Assembly (NCBI GenBank): GCA_001949185.1
Contig: BDGG01000005.1
Coordinates: 310,001 to 374,000 of the forward strand
DNA: 64,000 bases
DNA from: Ramazzottius varieornatus
Lineage: Eukaryota; Animalia; Tardigrada
Direction: 5' to 3'
Below are positions 38,209-50,840 of the stretch, piece by piece. Each line of letters begins with the position of its first letter. Position 1 is the first letter of the stretch. The position numbers were made by a program, and so were the translations under genes. Below the pieces are notes generated by a model. That model ran no database searches. It was not told the origin of the DNA and saw only the letters and a list, made by a program, of their open reading frames with translations.

Positions 38209-38755
38209 TTATTCTTTGCAGTAATCGTTCTGTCCGGCCAAGCCGTCGATGCAGCCGTTGGCACACTTCTTGACAACAGTGGGCTGTTCGCTGGACTGCA
38301 ATCAATAGAACCCGGTAAGTGCAGTACTGGACGGAGTGGTCACCGCCATAAATGTACGGTTTCTTGAAGAACTTTTTGAAAGGTTGACTTACGTGGCACG
38401 AGTACAAGGTCTGGGGATCAAGTTCAATTCCGCACTCCGAGCCAAGCCGAGCGACGTTCAAGGTGGATCCACAGTACTAAACGAGAAACCATTTAGATTT
38501 TGGTGCGGTAAGTAATATCGCAGAACAGTACGGTTGGAGTTTGTTAAGATACTTACGGTGAAGGTCCTGGGACAACATCCAGCGTGCAGAACTGCAAACG
38601 AAAGTTGAGTGAGACTCTGGTGACTATTAGCTGAAGATGGTTTTCATCTTTGCAGGCCATACGGAACACCGAAGGAGGAGGAGAAGGAGGAGGACGAATT
38701 ACGTACCTGCAGCGCAGCACGCCAGGATGAAGATAGCGATGAACATAGCCCTCAT
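38209..38755 (-). CDS. Small secreted cysteine-rich protein, paralog B (84 aa, 4 exons)
   Basis: Spliced product: MRAMFIAIFILACCAAVLHAGCCPRTFTYCGSTLNVARLGSECGIELDPQTLYSCHSSEQPTVVKKCANGCIDGLAGQNDYCKE. Intron positions and phases are identical to paralog A. Confidence 0.9.
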
Positions 38756-39478
38756 TTTCGGTCAAGTGGAAATCTGCGAAGTAAGTTGAAAGCGGAAGGA
38801 AATGGAGCAAGAGTGAGTGATGCTTGCAGTTCGGAGGTCGTTCCTATGTGGTTGTGGAACAGCTAGTTCTGTCCAGAGCGCTCAAGCAACGCCTATCAGT
38901 TCTCTGATCATGATCGCGTGAGGCGGAAGTGGAAAGAACCAGCAGGGCATGGGTCGATACTTGTAGAACTCAAAATCACTGCTCTGGAATTCCAGCCGAC
39001 GCTGATTCGATCGATGTCGAACAGCAGCTATTTTCATTACGCCAGCTTGTTGCCGGCGACCGAAGCGGGGTAGTTTTTTCAGTGGAACGTCTCATCGGAC
39101 AAAGAAAATACTTTCCCAGGGTCGGTTATGTTCGTGAGAACGTATTATCGAAGGAGCATCTGTCCACTTCACTCGTGGACAGATGCTCCTTCGATAATAT
39201 GCTGACATTGTTTTTGGTTTCAGCAGAGGACCTTTATCAGCGAAGGCGGGTCGAAGGACGTGTCCGTGCAAAGTCTCGCCACTAGTCGGCTCTTCGTTCT
39301 TGTATCGGAATTCGGTATGTATGTAAGTGTGAAATACTTTATTGATACTCCCTCAGTACGAGTGCTCAGCAACAACTTCATTACAAGCTACCAAGATGGC
39401 AAATAAACCGATAGAGAAACCAAACTAAAAATTAAGAAATGCGGCCGGGGAGACGGCTCATTTTCTTTTTTTGTGTTT

Positions 39479-41614
39479 TCAGTCGGGGGTAAGATACTCC
39501 AGAGGACGACGCATCCCATGTGGATGCTGGACTTTGAAGATGGTCTTCACGCCACGGGTGACATTCGCCGGTACATCAATATGGTGGGAAATTTTTCCCT
39601 CGTACTGGTCCTGCGCAGAAGGTTTTGGGTTGATTGAAGTGACCTACGAATAACAAAATTCACAAGATTTAACCGAGGCAGGACTGCAATACACGATGAA
39701 TATTATCAGCACCTTCAGTCGCTCGTTGCTGCTTCTTGGATATGTTTCTGTTAACGTGATCAATATTGGCAGTTTCCTGTTGTTCTTTACGTCGTATTCC
39801 ATCGTGAATTCCGATTCAACTATAAAGTTTCCTTCCGTTGGTCCAACCGGTTTGGTCGTTCTGACTGGATACTTCGGATGCACTTCTACGAGAGGGTCGG
39901 ACGGGAGCAGAAGATCAAAGTCTTCATTAGGGTTCACATGCTCCAGTTGTATCTACGAGACGGCGGCGAGTTACTACCCACTCTGTAAGTACGTCGGTTT
40001 CAACTTTTCTTCATACAGTGTTAACGTAGTTTCCGCTTGAGTAAACGGCCGCCGGACCCGGAAGAAACGGTGTCTGAGTTTGGTTTGACGTCGTACAGGT
40101 TACACCGACTTCGAGGCTGTTGGAGGGGTGGCATGTGTGATGCATTCGTACGCCAGTCGTGGTATTCAGGACCAGGAAGCGCGCCGGTCTGCCATGGCCC
40201 AGTATTCCATCCCTATCGACAAGCGTGGAAAACGGCACTACGCTTCTCTGAAATTATAAAGTTCAAGTTACATGACGCAATGTGGGAGAATGTTAACGCT
40301 GCTTCCCACCTTCGGTAGGAAGACTCTCTTTTCTTGGGTTGGTCCGCTGAGGCTCTTTTCGAAAGGTTTCTCCATCGGAGACCCTTTCGTGACGCTATCA
40401 GTGCAGTCCTTCAGCGAAGCGGAAGCAGGCCTCGAGCTCGGCAAGCTCAACAAAGCATTCGTCTCGTCTGGATCGGTCACACCATCCTGAGAAGACCGAT
40501 CAGCAGCAACCATAACTTCTGCGTTGCTCCAATCTTCGCCCGTCCACTGCCGTGTCCAGCAAAAGTATGAAATCTGACTCGGGAAAAAAGGCTGAGTTAC
40601 AGTGTTAGTCTGGCAATGAAGTTTTAATCTTGTCATCCGAGTATATACCTTGACTTGCTTCGCATCGCCATCGAGCCGTATGTCATAGGAAGGACACCAA
40701 CTGGCTTCTTTCACAGTGTAACATATCCCAATCCGAACTTTGTCGGATCTCAGTACATTTAGCATGATTTTGATATCTCTGTATGAGATAAAATTAGTAC
40801 GTGGACTAACATTTGGATTTAACAACGGGGCGACTGGCCCGGCTCTTTCACGGTATTTACCCTACATTGCAGGAAACGGGTGGTCGTCGCCGCGATAGGC
40901 TGTCGATCAGCCTGTTGGCGGTGACCAGGTCCTCATGTAGCTTTTGAAGCAATGTCTGTAGACGGAAGAACTCCCCTTCGTACTTCCAGAAAAAGTCATG
41001 CAAGTCTATGAACGCCCCTTCTTTGAATACTGACATGAGTTGTCCATCGGCTTTCTGCAAAGGAAAAACCGTTGAGTAGTCCATCCGGCAGAAAATTGTT
41101 GAGTCCGGATATAAGTCATTATACCCCAGCGACTATCTTTTGGTATTCGTTCCAGACCTCCAGCCGGTTTTCGGCAAACGATATCTGACTCTCAAGATCA
41201 GCTTTCTTTGACTTCGCATCCCTCACGCGCTCTTCCAGGTCTACAGCAGACAGTTTGTGATACTCGTCCGTGTACGTCTCCTGAACGTCCTGTAGAAGTA
41301 CCGAGGTACCCTCAACATCAACCCTGCAATGGATTGCTCATTCTTGTGTGTAGGGCGAAGGCTGAAGAAACGAAACAGTACACATGGCATGGATACCTCA
41401 AAGTTCCCGTAACGTATCGTTGAAGGCCGAAGCCATTGAAGCGGATGTGATGCACTCCGGCCTTCAGTTCTTTGGTCCAGATTCGTTTGACCACTGCCCG
41501 GTTCGGGAAGATGGTCACATCCTTGATTGGGGCGTCCGAGTGATTATTCAGACTGCTGGTAGCGATAGAATTACTTGAAGAAGAGACCGCTGGTTCGGAT
41601 GGATCTCCCATCAT
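39479..41614 (-). CDS. DUF4140/DUF4139 protein (C. elegans F37C4.5 / bacterial MuiA-like family)
   Basis: APIKDVTIFPNRAVVKR (DUF4140); YTVKEASWCPSYDIR; QWTGEDWSNAEV; YPRSSNERLKV (DUF4139). Multi-exon. Confidence 0.8.
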
Positions 41615-42338
41615 ATCCCAGGTACAGTTTACGTCGTCACAGGTGGGTTTGGCGGGTGTCAGGAGCCAGGAAGAAGAAAACAGTGACCAATGTGAATACC
41701 AACGTGCTTTGGACTGTAGGCGTCTCAAGTATCAGCTGAAAGCTTGAAAACCTGACGATCGGTTCTTGACCAGGTGAACATAACATCTGGCCGTTATAAT
41801 CGGTGGGGTGTGAAATATTGCGCCTATCTTTCGTCTCACGATATCGTGTTTGTCATAAAATTGATAGTAATTAAAGATGCGAAAGCCTGGCAGGGCCGCA
41901 TGCCATAGTGTCACTCTTATCGGCTCCTGTCTGATTGCTACCCCGCCGACTTTCAGCTTACTAAACGAGTTTTTGCAGTGTTAAAATGAAGCGTACGAGT
42001 AGATCTTGTTGCAATAAGAAGCAACAATTAATTGTCAAAAATAAGACTTCACGTTTTCAATGGCTTCAAAACTTCATACAAAGCCATTCTTGCAGGGACC
42101 CCGCATTGGAGAGATGGTCCCATTGTTATTTTTTACCGGCTTCCGTTGCGCAATCAAATCAGGCTGACGACAAATCAATCATCAGGCTTTCACTAGACGT
42201 CATACACCAGCGCCCGGAGGTTGATCGAGAGGTCACAAAGTAACATGAAAATAGGCCCAACCCAACTTGACCTCTTTCACCGAGGATCTAGCAATTAGGC
42301 CACATTACTGCACCGAACGCGAATCCGTGAAACAGCTG

Positions 42339-42998
42339 AGCTCTGTTTCATCTACCGATGGGTGGTACTCTTAGCTTCCTGGCCAACGCATCCAACATTT
42401 TTATGGATTCTTCTACGGCCATAGTTCTTAGTTCGCGAGGCGGGTCAATTTGGCCGTTCTAGAAGGTTAAGATCAGCTTTCGATCATCCCGCTACGGGGG
42501 AAGATCAACCGATGAGATCTCTGCTCCTCAGTATGTACGATCCTCCACACAGTCGTACGCGTGAATCCGTCCCGGCTAGTGAGCACGCGGTAGACTTGCC
42601 AATCAACGGAAAGCTGTCAATCAGTCGAGCATGAATGTGCAGTATCACACACGGTTAGCCCAGCGTGTCATTGATTGCCTGATTATGGACTCATGGCGCA
42701 AATCTGTATGACTGATTGACAGCTTTCCGTTGATTGGCCAGTCTGCCGCGTGCTCAGTAGCCGGGACGGATTCACGCGTACGACTGTGTGAAGGATCGTA
42801 CATACTGAGGACCAGAGATCCTATCAGTTGATCTTCCCCCGTAGCGGGATGATCGAAAGCTGACCTTAACTTTGTAAAACGGCCAAATTGACCCGCCTCG
42901 CGAACTAAGAACTATGGGCGTAAAAGAAGCCATAAAAAATGTTGGATGGGTTGACCAGGAGGCTAAAAGTACCACCCATCGGTAGATTAAACGGAGCT
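42339..42998. mobile_element. Foldback/MITE with arms of about 290 bp (possibly PIF/Harbinger-like termini)
   Basis: 42339-42626 is a close reverse complement of 42710-42998, with an 83-bp loop. Termini read AGCTC(C/T)GTTT; TSD not clean. Confidence 0.85.
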
Positions 42999-43296
42999 TA
43001 ACTAGCCATTCACATCAGCTGGCTGGATGCCGATAGAAAACTTAGCAGGTTGTGCGGGCCAGTCCATTGCGCCGGTATAGCACGATTGAGAAGAAATCTG
43101 GCAGTTTTCCATTTTTGTTTCGGAAGCTAAAAGCAATTAAAGTGAAACTGGGCTAAACAGAACGTCTCCCCTGGCGTCGACATGATCGTCTGGGTTGGTC
43201 ACCAGTACCGCTTCTTCCTCCGCTGTGAAACCCCGACGATGTGGTAGAATCGTCCATGTTTGAATCTGATTCGAGCTCGTTCAGTAAATCGGACAC

Positions 43297-43909
43297 TAGT
43301 GCTGGCAACGATACGGTACACCGACATCGTATCGAAATTTATCGAATCTTTGCGATAAAATATGCGGCAGATATCGTATTGAAAATATCGATATGAAGCT
43401 CATCGAACAACGCAATAAAATATGAAGCTCATCGAACAACGCAATAAAATATTCGGCGATATCGTATCGCGCCATGTCGATATATCAGTATTTCGCTGAA
43501 TGGCAAACTCGCCAGTGATATCTCGTTTACGGAAGACCATGGTTGATTTCAAAGAATTGATTTTGGCCATGGTGTGCCGAGCACACTCCGCTCATTCGGT
43601 TCTGGTGCTAATTCTGTCCAGGTTTCCATGTGTTTGAAGTCTTGGTGTAGTTACGTCTTTGCTGTATCCGACGCTTTCGATCTTACTAGTACTTTATGTG
43701 GAAATCGGCTTCTCGAGTTTTTGGGCTTGAACCAGTGGAATTCCGGAAAACTGAAATTCCAGAAATATCAATATATCGAAAATACGGTATCGGGAAATAT
43801 CGTATCACAATATCGATATCGAATGAATTTCGAAGTCCGCAATAAAATATCCGTCGATATTGTATCGAAAAATATCGTATCGAATTTTATCGTATTTTTG
43901 CCAGTGCTA
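43297..43909. mobile_element. Non-autonomous hAT-type element with ATATCG/TATCG subterminal repeats
   Basis: Perfect 8-bp TSD TCGGACAC (43289-96 and 43910-17); TIR TAGTGCTGGCAA / TAGCACTGGCAA; many CGATAT/ATATCG motifs; internal 29-bp tandem duplication near 43391-43449. Confidence 0.9.
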
Positions 43910-44894
43910 TCGGACACCGCTTCTTCTGCTTAGTAGTCGTCTGCTCTTCGCAGTTCCATCCTACGGTACTTCCCACAGTACAAAAAGATCTAAACCTGAG
44001 AGCAGCAAAGATTGTCAAACGAAAAGTGAAAGAAACACACATAAACACACTGACTTAATCAACAAGATCAGATCTGGACTCGACGCTCTCTTCTGATGGG
44101 AGGCGTGGTGCGACGGTTGTGTTTTCCATTAGCATTAGGCTCCGCCCCTTGCACTTTTGTGGCCAATGGCCTGTCAAGTTTCCGATTTCTAGTGGCATCC
44201 AGCCAGCTGTTCAATAGAGCAATCCACATAGTGTTGAATGCCTCGATCAATCGCTCGAACAATTTCTCCTTATAAGGCATACCAATCTCAAAATACGGAG
44301 GAACCGACAGCAGACACACGTGAAAATTGAAAACCTGCCTACGCCTTTCGTTTTGACCATTTATGCCTATGTCGGTTGCTAACTTTCAACGACTGGTTTC
44401 CGTTCATACAGCCGTAAACACGTTCGGAATCACGACCAATGAGCATGTAGAGGTGTGGTCCACAACTTGCCGCGGGTCTAACTTTTAGTCCAGCATATGA
44501 CCCTGTCCTTGCCTAGTTTCATGTCACTTTTGTGACCTCTCCAGCAACCTCTGCCAGCGCCCCTGGGGCTTCAAATCGACGATTGACCTTTATGGAAATC
44601 TCAGGCCCAAATTAAATATTTCTTGCACAGCTTTTCTAGACATTCTTCCCGAGTGGCTCAGTCTGTATCCTCAAAGATCTCTGGAGTCGCAGACTTTCAA
44701 ACGAAGTGTAGACGAAGTGTAGACCTCGTCGCAGAGAAATTTTATACCTTTTATTGTAGGTTTCGTCAAAGGAAAGCGGCGGCGGTATCTTTGTTAGTGT
44801 ATTCGACTCCGGACCATGTAACGTTCCTGCGGAGTAGTCCACGAGAGAAAGAAGAACCATCTGAAGCTGGTCATCTTTTTGAAAGCGCCCCAAG

Positions 44895-46171
<1,277 letters not shown>

Positions 46172-46668
46172 ACTGCCTTCCAAAAAAATCTGCTATCTAT
46201 TCTTGGCTCTCGTGGAATATCTTTGTTGCGAGATTTGACTAGCTGTGTAGCGTTAATCTTCTTCCAGCGAATTTGGGTCGTGGTTTTAACTTGTTATTGC
46301 TCTTTCTCATGCGGTCATTTTTCTTCGTCGGCGACAGGTTTCAGAGATCGTCGTCATTTGTTAAAGTTTTACTCAGGGATGAACTAATCATTCTCGGTTT
46401 TCGGAACTTATGGTCGGTAGGCCTAAGGAGGAGGGGGAAGCCGATGCCGGTTGCTTAGAGCCCCCGGAAGTCAGAGGGACAGAAGGTGACCGAGACTTGG
46501 AGTTTACGGAAGCTGGGTGTCCGGTAGGGACCCTGGACTTTCCTTTGTGAAGATGCTGGTATTTACTGAATAATTTACGATAGTTCATCAAATGACGTAT
46601 TTCTCGAAATCGTTGAGCTGAAGCTGCACTGAAGGATACTTTTATATATTTTGTTGTTTGCCGGCTAG

Positions 46669-48306
46669 ATGAAGTCTGTGTACGATTGGTGTGGTCATTT
46701 TCACAGACAAATACAGGTAATTTACTTCTTGGGCCTCGATGACTGTATTTCGGTCGAAATTTCATCTGTAACTCCCTGCGACGAGATATCTGTGCGACCG
46801 ATGTTTCTTTTTGTAGAGAACAGATGAGTGTTTCGGGAATGCTTCCACAACAGAGTTCTCTCCAGATATTAAGCACCTCGTTGAGGAAATCGATGTGATC
46901 AACGAGCGCAATCATAAAATATTGCATGGAACCGAGAAAGTGCTCAAGCGGAATCCGGGACTGACCACTCACGAATATATTTATCAGAAGAAAGAGAAGA
47001 AGGGTTCGACTCGGACGAATGCGTTGATCCAGTTGGGCAACGAGATGATTTTTGCCGGACGCCAGTTCGGTGAAGCGACAACTTACGGTACTGCTCGTCT
47101 CGATTTTTGTATTCTCAAGGTTTCCCTGAGATATAATTCCATGTATTTGTACACAAGTCTGATTGCTATATCTATTTTCCATCAGTTTTGCTTTATAGGA
47201 AAGTGTTTGTTGTCTGCGGGGCGGTGTCAAGAGGAACTCGGCCACGAAGAACTTCGTTACGTTACTCAAGTGGCGATGGTCTTCCTTACTCCTCTGCGGC
47301 GTTTCATGGAAACTGATCTGAAGCAAGCACTGGTATGGATTCACCAGTTCATCTCTCTGTAAAGTGTAAACGGTAATTCAGCAATATGTTTGCTAGAAAG
47401 AACGGCGCGCTCTAACCAGTTCCCGACTTGAGCTGGACTACGCACGTCAACGCCAGAAGAAGGCGAAGACCCCGGACAAGCAAGTTCAGGTATGGACTTG
47501 CCAGTTTCGCATTGGTCTTCAACCTACACGAACCTTTTTAGGCAGAAGGCCATCTCCGAAGTAGTCAAGCAAAATTCGAACGCCAGCTAGAACTGACCCG
47601 CATAGCCTGTGAAGCAGTGCAGCGGGAAAAGGTCCAGCAGATAAAAGGCCTGATGAAGTTCGTCGACGCTCAGCTCGACCATTACAACAAGAGTGCGGGC
47701 ATACTAGAAAATATCAAGACCGAACTGCTCCAAATACTCAAAGCTGAACGAGGTTTCGACTTTGACTTTGAATGGCCAGCTCTGAATTACGACGCCGTAG
47801 ACATCATTCGGGAAAGCGGAGGAGGCGAAGAACCTCCAAAGTCACCACCGGAAGTACCCAGGCAATCCAACCTCAGTCTTCAACCTGTCTACATGGCCAA
47901 GATTACGGATGAGTTCGCTGGTAGTACAGCTAGCGAGGTCACAGTAACGAAGGACGAACTGGTGACCGTGATGGAAACGATGCCTGGTGGAAGAGACACG
48001 GAAGGATGGTCGCTGATAAGGAAAGCTTCCGGTCAAGTCGGGTATATTCCTCGTGATCACATTGCTGTTTTACACGAGCAGGATAATGCCGCCCCGGCTT
48101 CCGAGCATGACGTACCTCGCCGCGCGACCCAGAGACAGGAACGGCAACGAGGGAATTCGAGGAATAGATCGGTTTCCGTAACACGAACTCCTGGTACACC
48201 CACTGCAGCTAATAATGACTTTGCGCAAGAATCCAGAAAAGTAACCGTTACTTTCCATGACTTCCAAGAAGATCATGCACCACTTCCGCACGCTGCGTCC
48301 TTTTGA
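46669..48306 (+). CDS. Endophilin-B-like N-BAR + SH3 protein, divergent
   Basis: TEKVLKRNPG..EYIYQK..RTNALIQLGNEMIFAGRQFGEATTYG; FLTPLRRFMETDLK; RLELDYAR; FVDAQLDHY; degenerate SH3 (EGWSL..GQVGYIP). Start exon is approximate. Confidence 0.8.
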
Positions 48307-48452
48307 GTAATCAGGTATCAGAACCAAGAAAGATAAGATAAAATAAATTCTGTGAATAAAGAATGTCAGCTAAGCAAAAACTGGTGTCTCATCAAATCTA
48401 TGATACCAGGCATGATTTGGCCGAAAAAAAAGCAGTCGAGCTTGATATGAGT

Positions 48453-50840
48453 CTACTGAGGCGCGTAATGGGAATGGGTTTGGGTAGTCGGAGGCTGTGA
48501 ATATGTAGGCGCTACTTGGGGTAACTGTGGTAGTTGCTGTTGGGCCATCTGACCAGCGGCCGCTGCCAACTTGGCCGGGTTTGGCACGTAGGTCTGGAAG
48601 GCCGTAGTTTGCGGAGGCTGAGGCACTCCGGAATTGATGGCCATGGCCGAGAAGTCGTGGTTGAGTTGCGGAATCTGCTGTTGTGGGTGGTTCTGGTACA
48701 ACATTTGTTGTGGTATGTATTGGGCTGCCGAAGCTTCACCGGGCACAGGAGCGTTGTACGTCTATAACAACCACGACTCAAGAGCAAATTCCATATCAGA
48801 GTATCGGTTAAGAAATAAGTGAAGAGAGGCTTACACCAACAGGTGGGAAGATGACTGGTGTCGCTGATGCTGTATGATGAGCGGAATGGGCGTATGGAAG
48901 TGATGACTGCACTTGTCCGAACTGAGCTGCTTGTTCCTTCATGACGCTATCGTACATGGCCAGCGCGTCGTTGATCTGGGTGGAAATCTCTTCCAGGCCG
49001 GACTGCAACCTGTCAACTTTCTGTAACTCAGCGTCAATCAAAGGCCACATCCTGGTACACTGATCTGCAATAGTTCGATACATTATGACACGTACCCTCA
49101 GACAAAGCAAGAACCACCATGGGCATATCTGCTACTGCTATTGTGTACAGCGCGACCTTGAGACGTACCTTCAAGTTCCAGCAAGTCGGCGGGATCTGGG
49201 CGCACGCCTTCGGGATCCGCATCGTGTATCACATTCAAGGTTCGGTCAATTAGCTCTTCGTCGATCACCACCGGTTTCTTCTCGGCGCCAGAAGTCAGGC
49301 TTGCGACTTCTTCGCTAATCTTCTTCTTGGGATCTTCCGCAAATACTAAACGAAAATGTCCCATGACAAAAAAATCGACATAATAAGGACAGTTCGCAGA
49401 ATCGTTAATGCTATGACATGCCTTCCGGTTGCCAGTTGAGGTCGCTGGTCACGAAGTTAGTGGGAAAGAGGCCTTCTCCCCGACTATTCGTTCCTTTCCA
49501 CCAGTTGGGATCACTGATCAGAACGAACAAGATGTAAAAAACGATCACGGATTACTGGACAGACCCTCGGAGATATCTTACCTGTCATCAACAACCAGAA
49601 TCACTTCCCCGGCTTTGAAGGTCAGCTCGTTATCTTCCACGGCTTCGAAGTCATACATAGCACGGACCTTCCGCGGTTCTTTCGGCTCCTTGCGTATCGT
49701 AGCGTATATTGCATTGTCGTTTCTGCTAGACGACGCTTGCCTGTCGTTCATGGATGGGTACAGGCTAGCTGACGGTCCACCGCTTCCGCTCGGACCGCTT
49801 GAAGCCGAAGACGAACGCAACTTCTTTTTCTCTTCTTCGGCTATGGACAAGGCGATGGCTTTTGCCAGATCATCCTCTTCTTTCCGCTGAATGTCTGTCA
49901 CGTCCGACGTTCTTCGAACGGAGGTCTGCTGAACTTGTGGAGCTGCTTTCGACGAAGCCGGAAGTGCCTATAACAGTGACAACGTTGAGTCGCTATATAT
50001 ATAAAAATGTACTCAAGTTCAAGTTCAACCCAAAATGAAAATTCGATTGTACCGCGGCAAAAGACGGTCGTGTTGTCCGTATGTAAGCAAACAAAGAAGG
50101 AATCAATCTGCAAATACAGGGCATTGTCGCCGATAGTAAACAATGGAAAGACATGTTGCGATATTCCTGATCTGTTATATACTCACGTGAGCTGTGGATC
50201 CGAACGGAATTCGTTCTCGGACCATTTCTTGATCATGGTACAGAGTTTCTCCACTACTTCATAGTTGTAGTTCTGAAAGATAGAGGGATCACGGTGGTTC
50301 TGATGCCCCGACTAGACATTCTGATATCGTTGCATACAGACTCACGTTGCTGTTATTCAGCATACTCTTCACTTCATCCTCAAAGTATCTCGAGCTGACT
50401 TCCAGATGAAACTTCTTCTTGGCGTTGGTCACACATGCGTCGAGGAGAGTGAGAGCCAACATGGCAACGTGGGGATCCTTATGCTTTACTCGTTTCATGA
50501 TAGCCTTTAGGGCATCCTTTGCTCTACAAATACGAAAATAAGAAAGATGACGATACACAGCATAATATATGTACGAGTTTGAGAACGCCACGCAAGATTC
50601 TGTCGTACGGTCTTACCCATTGGGCTGCTGGTCAATCTGGTCCACAATCTCCAGTATATCGGCCCAGTTCTCTGTAACCTTCTTGCCATCGGTAGCAACA
50701 TCTATAACATGGAACAAAGAAGGATAAGCACAAGTTATATGTTACAGTACTGAGTAGTACACGGAATGTACAGGTGAGAGATGTCCACACCTACCAATGG
50801 TTTGCTCGAGAGTCGTGGCGTTCGCTCCAAAGAGGCCCAT
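48453..50840 (-). CDS. STAM: Signal transducing adaptor molecule (ESCRT-0)
   Basis: VHS (MGLFG..; [18 protein letters not shown]); UIM ([12 protein letters not shown]); SH3 ([23 protein letters not shown]; GLFPTNFVT); GAT (MWPLIDAEL); Q/P-rich tail. Confidence 0.93.

Noticed and set aside
46388-47344. 318-aa minus-strand ORF
   Set aside because: It is antisense to endophilin-B exons and has no recognisable motifs; treated as a shadow ORF.
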